Assembly: GCA_021813945.1 (NCBI GenBank) | Contig: JAKAJD010000002.1 | Span: forward strand, 33,343 to 97,342 | DNA from: a bacterium | GTDB taxonomy: Bacteria; Patescibacteriota; Microgenomatia; Curtissbacterales; GWA2-41-24 | DNA: 64,000 bases | Direction of reading: 5' to 3' | In this document: one piece after another, positions 56,137-64,000 of the stretch | Numbering within the stretch: the stretch's first letter is position 1 | Layout: every line of letters begins with the position of its first letter | Translations under genes and position numbers: made by a program | The notes under the pieces: generated by a model | What the model saw: only the letters and a program-made list of their open reading frames with translations | Told to the model about the DNA's origin: nothing | Databases searched by the model: none

Positions 56137-57627
56137 TTAGACCTTCTCAGTTACTCTATATTCGAGATATTTTCCAAGCATCAGCCTTGTGTGAGCATCA
56201 ATTCCTGGTAAAGCGGTAAAAATTAAAGTTACAATTGGCATTAGGATAAATTCAAGTGGCATAGTAAGTTTTTTGAAAAGAGTTGCATGTTCAGATCTTT
56301 TTGGCCTTTGCCTCAAATCGACAACTAAAATAACTGCTAAAAATAGCCAGCAAGTCGTAAGTATCCCAAAAGAAATCCTAGGTAAATTTTGTCCCATTAC
56401 AGTTTGTGCAAATACTGGGTTTAAAAGCACTGGAATTGTTGCACCAAGTGTAACTGCAAACCAATTTACAGGCCAAAGGAAATGATCTTCTAATACAATA
56501 AAAACCCTTACAGTTTTTTTCCAAAAAGGGATGCGCGTTGAAGTTAGCCATTTTTTTATAAAGTAGGCATCATCAGAAACCCCCCAAGCCCAGCGTTTTT
56601 CCTGTTCATATAAATTAAGTAGCGATTTGAAATAACTTGTTGATTCAGCAGCATCGGTAATTGCCGAAAGAAATATTGGTTCAACATCAACGTTTCCGTC
56701 TTTGGCAAAAAAAGTTTTAAAAAATATCCTGAAATCCTCAGGTATTACGTCGACGTCCCAATATCCAACATCGTCTAAAAGTTTCATAGACACCGAATAG
56801 ATCGAGCAGTTAACCAACCTATCTGTCCTCGAATTAACAGCAGTCTGCCAAACTGAAGAAAGTGAACTAATGACCCTAATTGGCGCCGGTACTCTCCAAA
56901 TATTTGCATAAAATAAAACAACCGGCTGCCAAAATCTTAAATATCTGTGCCTGCTAGTTAGAAAGTTATAAGTTAGGCATGAAAAATATTTAGGTGAAAG
57001 CTCGCCGTCTGCATCTTTAGATGTAACAGTCATCATTTTTATATCCATTTTCTTGTCTATTATTAGCTGTTGTTTTGCGACCTTAACCGCATAAGCTTGG
57101 TTGGATGACTTTCCTTTAACTTCTCTTGCGATATCTGGATGGAAAGTCACAATCAAATTCGCAAACGCACCCTTATATTTTTTGGTTAAAATCTGCGCTT
57201 TTTCATAAGCATCATTGCCTTCCCGCTCTTCAAAGGCTAAAACGACCGAAATTTGCTTTTTGTTAAAATCCTGTTTAAGCAAGGATTCAATTCCACGGGT
57301 AATAGTTCCGAGCGGTTCTTTGTAAGTTGGCACAATTACCAAATGATGAATTTTTTTGTAACCTTTAATTTTTTTGGCGTCAGTTAACCAATCGTATTTT
57401 TCACTAGCTCTAAGTTTCAAGTGTGAAACCACTGCAGAAATAGCCATGGCTGCCGATTTATAAAACCAGAAAATATCAAAAAGAATAATATAGTAGGCAA
57501 CGTAATGAGGAATCCAAAAAGAACCCCAAACCGGAAAAAGTATTAAAGTCCACGAAAAAGTCCCTGGCAAAATTTCCAGGAACCGGTGTACCGGTCTATC
57601 GTGTCGCTCAACGAAGTCCTTAACCAT
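56137..57627 (-). CDS. Membrane-embedded glycosyltransferase family 2 (processive synthase-like architecture)
   Basis: LVIVPTYKEP..., GKSSNQAYAV, and TM helices at both ends. Confidence 0.55.
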   Translation of the reverse strand: MVKDFVERHDRPVHRFLEILPGTFSWTLILFPVWGSFWIPHYVAYYIILFDIFWFYKSAAMAISAVVSHLKLRASEKYDWLTDAKKIKGYKKIHHLVIVPTYKEPLGTITRGIESLLKQDFNKKQISVVLAFEEREGNDAYEKAQILTKKYKGAFANLIVTFHPDIAREVKGKSSNQAYAVKVAKQQLIIDKKMDIKMMTVTSKDADGELSPKYFSCLTYNFLTSRHRYLRFWQPVVLFYANIWRVPAPIRVISSLSSVWQTAVNSRTDRLVNCSIYSVSMKLLDDVGYWDVDVIPEDFRIFFKTFFAKDGNVDVEPIFLSAITDAAESTSYFKSLLNLYEQEKRWAWGVSDDAYFIKKWLTSTRIPFWKKTVRVFIVLEDHFLWPVNWFAVTLGATIPVLLNPVFAQTVMGQNLPRISFGILTTCWLFLAVILVVDLRQRPKRSEHATLFKKLTMPLEFILMPIVTLIFTALPGIDAHTRLMLGKYLEYRVTEKV

Positions 57628-57662
57628 ACTATCCTCTAGTAATTATACAAATTGGAATTTTA

Positions 57663-58475
57663 TCATAATCGGAACAAATTTTGCGCGTTGGAAGATGTGG
57701 CAGTGGCAATATCATCAAAAGACTGGTTTCTGATTTTACTTAGGAAGCTAGCAATTATTTTAACATTCTCTGGTGTATTTTTCTTGCCACGCAAAGGCTC
57801 TGGAGAAAGGAAAGGGGAATCCGTCTCAACAAGAATTCTCTCAATAGGTGCCGTTTTGGCAACTTCTTGGATCTCAGAAGCGTTTTTGAACGTTACAATT
57901 CCTGAAAACGAAACGTAAAATCCTAAATTCAAAGCTTTCTCCATTGCTCTGAAATCACCGGTCCATGAATGAAAAACGCCTCTTAATTTGGAGTTTGGAG
58001 TTTGGAATTTGGGAATTTGGTCAAATATTTCATCCCAAGCATTCCTACAATGAACAATCAAAGGCAAATTCAAATCAGCCGCCAATTCTATTTGTTCGTC
58101 AAATAATCTTCTCTGAAATTCTTTCTCTTTATCACTTGTTTCTGGTCTTTGGCTACTTGTTTCCAAATGAAAATCCAACCCGCATTCACCAATTCCGACA
58201 ACTCTTTTAGATGATTTGGCAATTTTTTCCAACTCGCCAATCAATTTATCACCATATTGATCGATATCAGTTCTCCCATCTTCCGGATGAATTCCACAAG
58301 TTGCGTAAATCGAAATATCATTGTCTGAGTATTTTTCCGCAATCTCAATGCATTTTTTTGATCCTTCAATCGATGTTCCAATTGTCACAATTTTCAAAAC
58401 TCCAGCCTGCTTGGCTCGATAAATTGTACCTTCCAAATCTTCAACAAAATCCAGATGGGCGTGTGAATCAAGCAT
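57663..58475 (-). CDS. tatD: TatD-family metal-dependent DNase/hydrolase
   Basis: MLDSHAHLDF...IGECGLD...HCR...ETDSPF. Confidence 0.85.
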   Translation of the reverse strand: MLDSHAHLDFVEDLEGTIYRAKQAGVLKIVTIGTSIEGSKKCIEIAEKYSDNDISIYATCGIHPEDGRTDIDQYGDKLIGELEKIAKSSKRVVGIGECGLDFHLETSSQRPETSDKEKEFQRRLFDEQIELAADLNLPLIVHCRNAWDEIFDQIPKFQTPNSKLRGVFHSWTGDFRAMEKALNLGFYVSFSGIVTFKNASEIQEVAKTAPIERILVETDSPFLSPEPLRGKKNTPENVKIIASFLSKIRNQSFDDIATATSSNAQNLFRL

Positions 58476-59903
58476 TTAAATTCGGGGAAACAAAGGTTTC
58501 TCAGCAGTTACCTTTCCGGTAAACTGATTTAAAATTTTTACAGAAGTTTGGGGCAAAAATGGACCTAAATTAAATGCAATTTCGCGAATTTCCTGGGCAA
58601 TCGGTGAAATCACTTGCTTTAGATCAGCACCTTCAAGCTCCCATGGTTTTTCTTCGTTAATTTTTTTATCCAGTTTTGAAATTTCCTCCCAAAGTGAAAG
58701 AATTGCTAAATCAAATCTGTAATTTCTTAAATTATTAGAGACAGCATTTTTAAAAAAGAAATTTTTCTTTGGAGGTAAAGCAAGATTTGTATCACTTGCA
58801 AGCCGTGCCACTCTTGCCACCAAATTACCTAACCCGTTTGCCAACTCACCATTATATAAATCACGAAATCGGTTTAGAGAAAAGTCACCATCACCCCATG
58901 CCGGAATCTCACGCAATAAATAAAATCGGACGGCTTCAGACCCAAAGTCACTTACCAAATTAAAAGGGTCAATCACATTACCTAAAGTCTTGGAAATTTT
59001 TTGTCCGTCAACTGTAATGTAACCGTGTACAAACTCTTCATCCGGCAGTGGCAAACCAGCCGATTGAAGCATTGCTATCCAATAAACAGCATGAAATCTT
59101 AAAATTCCTTTCCCTAATACCTGAATTTTTTTGGAATTTGCATCCTCCCAAAATTTGTTAAATAGTTTTTGATCAGAACCTCCATATCCCAATGCCGTCA
59201 AATACGTCGTCAACGCATCAAACCAAACATACATAACCTGCGAATCGTCACCTGGCACCGGCACACCCCAGCCTCGGGCGCGTTCTCTTGACCTGGAAAT
59301 GGAAAAATCTTCGAGTCCACTTTTTATAAAACTCAAAACCTCATTCTTTCTCGTTTGTGGAACAATCAAAAGTTTATCTTTTTCAATTAAATTTTCTAGA
59401 AATTTTTGATAGTTTGACAGGTTAAAGAAATAGTTTTCCTCCTCAACTTCATCTGGTTCGGTTAAATGCTCAGGGCACTTGCCACTAACGAGCTCGTCTG
59501 GTGTATAAAATAACTCACAGCCGATACAATACAAGCCGCGATACTGCTTTTTATAAATATCTTCTTTTTTACAAAGCGACCAGAGTTTTTGTGCACCGTA
59601 AAAATGCTCCTTAGAGCTTGTCCTGTTAAAAACATCAAACGTTAAATTCAAAGCGCCCTTAAGGTCAAAAAATCGCTTTGAGTATTTATCAACCAAATCC
59701 TTAGTTTCAACACCTTCTTTTTCCGCCGCCTGAACATTTTTCAGGGAATTTTCATCCGCTCCATCCGAATAAAAAGTCTCATATCCCAAAGCTCTGTAAA
59801 ACCTTGCCAAACAATCGGCTTGCACGTACTCCAGCGCATGTCCTACATGTGGTGCCGCATTAACATAAGGAATTGCCTGTGCTATGTAAATATGCTTTTT
59901 CAT
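58476..59903 (-). CDS. metG: Methionyl-tRNA synthetase (compact, 475 aa)
   Basis: PYVNAAPHVGHA and KISKTLGN. Confidence 0.9.
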   Translation of the reverse strand: MKKHIYIAQAIPYVNAAPHVGHALEYVQADCLARFYRALGYETFYSDGADENSLKNVQAAEKEGVETKDLVDKYSKRFFDLKGALNLTFDVFNRTSSKEHFYGAQKLWSLCKKEDIYKKQYRGLYCIGCELFYTPDELVSGKCPEHLTEPDEVEEENYFFNLSNYQKFLENLIEKDKLLIVPQTRKNEVLSFIKSGLEDFSISRSRERARGWGVPVPGDDSQVMYVWFDALTTYLTALGYGGSDQKLFNKFWEDANSKKIQVLGKGILRFHAVYWIAMLQSAGLPLPDEEFVHGYITVDGQKISKTLGNVIDPFNLVSDFGSEAVRFYLLREIPAWGDGDFSLNRFRDLYNGELANGLGNLVARVARLASDTNLALPPKKNFFFKNAVSNNLRNYRFDLAILSLWEEISKLDKKINEEKPWELEGADLKQVISPIAQEIREIAFNLGPFLPQTSVKILNQFTGKVTAEKPLFPRI

Positions 59904-60014
59904 AAGGTCCGATTATATCCAGAAAAGCCTTACTAATCCATTCTCAATCAATTATTATTTGAAGGATATATCAAGTTAAATTATAATCGACAGAAAAATC
60001 TAACAGAAGCCATC

Positions 60015-60839
60015 ATGAATTTGCAAAATATTTCCCAGTATTATGATTCAATGTTACCTTTTTACCGTATTCGCTTCAGCACCAGCTACGGCTTTCATGT
60101 TGGTTATTATGATGAAGATACAAAAAGTAGAAAGGATGCAATTCTCAACTTAAACAAATTAATGGCAGAAAAGGCCGAAATAAAAGATGGAGACCTAATC
60201 TTGGATTCGGGCTGCGGCGTAGGAGGTAGTTGCCTTTGGCTAGTCGATAATTATGATGTAAAAACTATTGGAATAACAATCTCGAAAAAGCAGTTGGATG
60301 TAGCAAAAAAACTGGCTAAAAATTCAAGAATCTCAAAAAAGGCACAGTACTACTTAAGAGATTATACAAAAACTGGTTTCGAAGAAAATATGTTTGATGT
60401 GATTTGGGCAGCAGAGAGTGTTTGCTATGCAACAAGCAAGCCCGATTTCTTAAAAGAATCGTACAGAATTTTAAAAAAAGGTGGTCGCTTGATTGTTGCA
60501 GATGGAATCCTAAAAAGAAAACCAAAAGACGAGAAAGAAAAAAAGCTTTTAGTACAACTTAACAATGGATATGCATTAGAAAATAATACTTTACAAAAAG
60601 ATTTTGAAGCAGACTTGACTAGAGCAAAATTTAAGAAAATAAAATATTTGGATATAAGTAAACGTATTCTTCCTGGTCTGAAGATTCCCTACAAAATCTT
60701 TGTACCAATAGCAACTTTAACTGAAAAGTTAATGCTAACCCCAAAATCTTTGACAGGGACACTTAAAGCAAGCGCTGCCCTTAAAGAACTTGTCAAAAAC
60801 GGTTTGGTGAAATACATGATTTTTTATGCTGAAAAGTAG
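60015..60839 (+). CDS. Class I SAM-dependent methyltransferase (Methyltransf_11/CFA-synthase-like)
   Basis: ILDSGCGVGGSCLWL motif I and RILKKGGRLIV post-I. Confidence 0.75.
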   Translation: MNLQNISQYYDSMLPFYRIRFSTSYGFHVGYYDEDTKSRKDAILNLNKLMAEKAEIKDGDLILDSGCGVGGSCLWLVDNYDVKTIGITISKKQLDVAKKLAKNSRISKKAQYYLRDYTKTGFEENMFDVIWAAESVCYATSKPDFLKESYRILKKGGRLIVADGILKRKPKDEKEKKLLVQLNNGYALENNTLQKDFEADLTRAKFKKIKYLDISKRILPGLKIPYKIFVPIATLTEKLMLTPKSLTGTLKASAALKELVKNGLVKYMIFYAEK

Positions 60840-60841
60840 TC

Positions 60842-62245
60842 TTAACGGAGAGGATACTTTGAGGGCGATCTAATGATTGAAATTAAGCCTCCCAAGTATG
60901 ACATTTTGTATTTTCCTTTCACTGTAACTTTTTCCCATACATCCGGTAAAGTTTGCCTAGCGAAAAACTTTCTTCTTAAGTAGTCATATTTTTTGAAATC
61001 GTAAATTTCCCAGAAATCTTTTTTAGAATAATAACTGTGCGCATACATAACCTTCCTTCCCCCCAAAGCTTTAAGTTTTTTCTCGATAACATGATTTAAG
61101 CTAAGAAGTGTTTCAACTGATTCGCTTTGCCTTTGCCATACTCCAATGTCTAAAGAGTCCTCATTTACAAAAGTTGGTGAAAGAAATCTCTCTCCCGTTC
61201 TTTTTAAAGGACATAACCATATTGGGTATATTTTTATTTTTTTATGGCAGAAGTCCAAAAATTTTTGGGCACTTTTGTTAGGCAAAATTAGATCCTGAAT
61301 GATGGAATTTTGGGGGCTTTTTAAAGCTTGTAGGAGCCGATACATTCGGTGTGTTTTAAATATTGGGTTTAATAAAAACCGAGTAATCCTATTAAAAGGA
61401 ACTTTGTATGTTTTAAGAATAAATTTACCGGTCCAAAACGCTCCGCGGTCGTATCTGAATAAATATTCACGGATTGGAATGGTCTCATTCCAGATTTTAT
61501 ATTTTTTTGCTATCTCTTCTGCGTGCACATAGAACCAGTCATCAGTTGCTTTTGAAAAGGTAGAAACAGGTGATTCTTCTTTATCGTCCATGGTTCCCAC
61601 CATTACTACTCCCAAATTTTTTGAAAAAAGAATACCATCCACAAAATCAACATTTTTCTTTGTATTGTTTTTTATAACGTTTAGCACCTTTTTAAAACTG
61701 GTTGTTCGAATATAGGTAAGCCGCACGTATTTTTTAGCTGGAATCAATTTGAGCTTTGCACATGTGGTTATCCCGATAGAGCCGTATGAACTAGCAATTC
61801 CATGAAACAAATCCGAATTTTTGCTTTTGCTCACATTTAATGTTTTTCCGTTCCCAAGCACAATTTCATATTCGCTGAAACTTTCGTCAAACAGTCCCCA
61901 TTTAAATGAGCTACTTTCACCGGCACCACCCTGGATTCCTCCACCCACGGTAATTCCAGGAAATTCCATAACAACGGGAGGTATAAGTCCATACTTCAGA
62001 GTCTCATCAACAAGCCTATCCATTGGAACATTTGGCTCAACTATTGCATATCTTCTAGTCTTGTTAACATTTAATACCTGATCAAAATTGCTAATATCTA
62101 TAATTTCATTTTTCTTAAAAGAAAGAACTCTCGTTGAATTTGATGACCCATGGTAAATTCTCACTTTTCTTGCAAGTCTATAATTTTCTGCCATTTCAAG
62201 ACTCAGCATAGAAACCTTGCTAACGTGGTTTTTAGACAACTCCAT
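60842..62245 (-). CDS. FAD-binding oxidoreductase (FAD_binding_4; DprE1/ALO-like)
   Basis: RYAIVEPNVPMDRLVDETLKYGL...GITVGGGIQGGAGESSSFKWG. Start taken at the internal Met MELSKN, 2 nt after the PBP stop. Confidence 0.7.
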   Translation of the reverse strand: MELSKNHVSKVSMLSLEMAENYRLARKVRIYHGSSNSTRVLSFKKNEIIDISNFDQVLNVNKTRRYAIVEPNVPMDRLVDETLKYGLIPPVVMEFPGITVGGGIQGGAGESSSFKWGLFDESFSEYEIVLGNGKTLNVSKSKNSDLFHGIASSYGSIGITTCAKLKLIPAKKYVRLTYIRTTSFKKVLNVIKNNTKKNVDFVDGILFSKNLGVVMVGTMDDKEESPVSTFSKATDDWFYVHAEEIAKKYKIWNETIPIREYLFRYDRGAFWTGKFILKTYKVPFNRITRFLLNPIFKTHRMYRLLQALKSPQNSIIQDLILPNKSAQKFLDFCHKKIKIYPIWLCPLKRTGERFLSPTFVNEDSLDIGVWQRQSESVETLLSLNHVIEKKLKALGGRKVMYAHSYYSKKDFWEIYDFKKYDYLRRKFFARQTLPDVWEKVTVKGKYKMSYLGGLISIIRSPSKYPLR

Positions 62246-62247
62246 AA

Positions 62248-64000
62248 TTATGGATGAGGAGAAGGTGAAGGTGTTGGAGGAGCTGCAGTCTGGGGGCATG
62301 AAACACAATATTGCTTATCCTGATAAACATCTTTAACTACAACTTGGTCTTGCTCCTCTGCATTTGGTGATCCGGCGGAAACGACCTGGCCTGTTGTTTT
62401 ATCAATCCAAAACTTTGCCTTAACGAATGTGTCCTGTTTAGGCTCGGTTCCAGATATAAAATACTCAAAATGGTTGTTTGGACAGGAGTCGTTTTTTGAT
62501 CCACCTGTTGTGCCACAGACATTAATTCCGACCACACCGCTTGGCACATTAAACGATTCGTTAATTTTATCTTTCAAAACATAAGCCATAATCTGATTCC
62601 AGATAGGAGCAGCACCGGTAATACCGGATGCCAGATATTGATTCATCGGCGTATTATCATTATTTCCTACCCAAACCGCAGTAAGATAGGTTGGCGTATA
62701 GCCAATAGTCCAGTTATCCCGCTTATCGTCCGTCGTACCTGTTTTAACCGCAACGGTTTTACCTGGGATAACGAGCCCACTGGTTGGTCCAAACTCCATA
62801 AGCCTTGCCGAATTATCAGAAAGAATTGACGACATCAAAAACGATGTTTGGGGAGAAAGTACTCTTGTACCAGAACGTGGCGTCGATTCTTCAATGACAT
62901 GATCTTGTGCATCCTCGACTTTTAAAATCGGATTTAAATCAACCCTCTTACCTTGGTTTGCAAAAACTCCAAAAGCAGTTGCCATGTCAACCATTTTTAC
63001 CTCGCCGCCGCCTAATGTTAGTGAAAGGCCATAACGTGAAGGATCGGTAAAAGTAGTAATGCCCATAGCCTCGGCTTGAGTAATCATTGCCGGGACACCA
63101 TTTAAGGCAAGAACCTTAACAGCCGGAATATTGAATGAATTACCCAGGGCGATTCTTACCGTTACTGCCCCATGGAATTTCCCGTCGTAATTTACCGGTC
63201 TATACGGCCGGGGACCACCAGAAAAAGTCGTTGGCACATCCATGATTATTGTGGCCGGTGTAATCAGTTTATGTTCAAGTGCGGTTGCGTAGTTTATCGG
63301 CTTAATTGAAGATCCAGGCTGCCTCAGTGCCGTTGTTAAATTTACCGCTCCGTCAATTGAAGTATCAAAATAATCCTTAGAACCAACCATTGCTAAAATT
63401 TCTCCGGTAGATGGTTTCGTCACTAAAGCTGCGCCGTTTGTTACATGCAAATATCCGAGTTTATCAATATTAGACTTCACAATCTCTTCTGCTTTTTCCT
63501 GTAAATCTAAATCCAACGTAGTGGTTACCTTGAGTCCTCCTCTAGAAACAACAGCATCACCATATTTCTCGGCCAAATATTCTCTGACAAACATTACAAA
63601 GTGTGGAGCTTTTATATTTGTTGCTGATGGCTTGAAATCCAACGCCTCCTTTCCTGCCTCATCGGCTTGCGCTTGAGTGATGTAATGCTCATCCACCATT
63701 CGTTTTAAAACCAGAAGTTGCCTGTCCTTTGCCCTTTGAGGGTCTTGGCCATAAGGCGAATAGTAAGTTGGTGCTGCAGGAAGACCGGCCAAAAGAGCAG
63801 ATTGTGCAAGATCCAAATCCTTAACCGATTTGCCAAAGTACTGCTCGCTCGCAGCCTCGACCCCAAATGCTGTTCCACCGTATGGCACTTGATTTAAATA
63901 CATCTCTAAAATCTTATCTTTGGAAAAAGCCATCTCGACCCGAAAAGCCAAGTACAGCTCTTTCGCCTTTCTTGTCAAAGTTCTCTCAGGGGAAAGAAAC
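62248..64000 (-). CDS. Class A penicillin-binding protein (transglycosylase + transpeptidase), 5'-truncated by the window edge
   Basis: The GT51 motif segment ILEMYLNQVPYGGTAFGVEAASEQYFGK lies at the window end. Transpeptidase motifs are SxxK (GSSIKP) and KTGT. The ORF runs off the window. Confidence 0.8.
   Translation of the reverse strand, partial: FLSPERTLTRKAKELYLAFRVEMAFSKDKILEMYLNQVPYGGTAFGVEAASEQYFGKSVKDLDLAQSALLAGLPAAPTYYSPYGQDPQRAKDRQLLVLKRMVDEHYITQAQADEAGKEALDFKPSATNIKAPHFVMFVREYLAEKYGDAVVSRGGLKVTTTLDLDLQEKAEEIVKSNIDKLGYLHVTNGAALVTKPSTGEILAMVGSKDYFDTSIDGAVNLTTALRQPGSSIKPINYATALEHKLITPATIIMDVPTTFSGGPRPYRPVNYDGKFHGAVTVRIALGNSFNIPAVKVLALNGVPAMITQAEAMGITTFTDPSRYGLSLTLGGGEVKMVDMATAFGVFANQGKRVDLNPILKVEDAQDHVIEESTPRSGTRVLSPQTSFLMSSILSDNSARLMEFGPTSGLVIPGKTVAVKTGTTDDKRDNWTIGYTPTYLTAVWVGNNDNTPMNQYLASGITGAAPIWNQIMAYVLKDKINESFNVPSGVVGINVCGTTGGSKNDSCPNNHFEYFISGTEPKQDTFVKAKFWIDKTTGQVVSAGSPNAEEQDQVVVKDVYQDKQYCVSCPQTAAPPTPSPSPHP

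Noticed and set aside
57990-58022. Tandem TTTGGAG/TTTGGAA repeats (4 copies)
   Set aside because: They lie inside the tatD coding sequence, encoding a short PNS/KLQTP stretch. It is a short coding microsatellite with no evident regulatory role.
1-64000. Search for tRNA/rRNA genes, CRISPR arrays, transposases or integrases
   Set aside because: No intergenic region shows tRNA-like T-loop/acceptor structure or regularly spaced direct repeats. No ORF shows DDE, tyrosine- or serine-recombinase motifs. None is reported.

Overview
The window reads as a chromosomal replication-origin region of a small-genome bacterium with the standard genetic code and roughly 40% GC, and it carries a type IV secretion (T4SS)-like locus just to one side of the origin. 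Protein repertoire suggests a CPR/Patescibacteria-like organism, but that is inference.

The core origin block is clear: dciA(DUF721)-dnaN-dnaA on the minus strand diverging from rpmH-rnpA-yidD-yidC-jag on the plus strand. There are AT-rich intergenic regions on both sides of dnaA and one perfect DnaA box (TGTGGATAA).

Left of the origin, 202..16916 is the most interesting part. It holds a VirB4/TraC-type conjugative ATPase, a PrgI/VirB3-like membrane protein fused to a carboxypeptidase-regulatory-like domain, a VirB6/TrbL-like polytopic membrane protein with a large ectodomain, and a glycine-zipper polytopic protein with a Cys-rich ectodomain. It also holds an M23 peptidase, two bitopic membrane proteins, an AAA-ATPase/OmpR-type winged-helix regulator flanked by repeated GCTAAC motifs, and a 1308-aa charged orphan protein. 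I found no VirD4 coupling protein or relaxase.

Right of the origin are housekeeping and envelope genes: RNase HI, L25, valS, tsaD, a DUF192 protein, a VanW-domain protein, a sugar ABC substrate-binding protein, csrA, pyrG, groES/groEL with a CIRCE-like element, metG and tatD. There is also a block of envelope glycosylation genes: a UbiA-family prenyltransferase, a GT4 MraY/WecA-like transferase, two GT-C (GT39/83-like) transferases, a GT2 transferase, a FAD-linked oxidase, a SAM methyltransferase and a Wzy/Wzx-like pair. Cell-wall enzymes include two M23 peptidases, a D,D-carboxypeptidase, a GH18 hydrolase, a PEGA/SH3b lipoprotein and a class A PBP truncated at the window edge.

I found no tRNA, rRNA, CRISPR array or obvious transposase.
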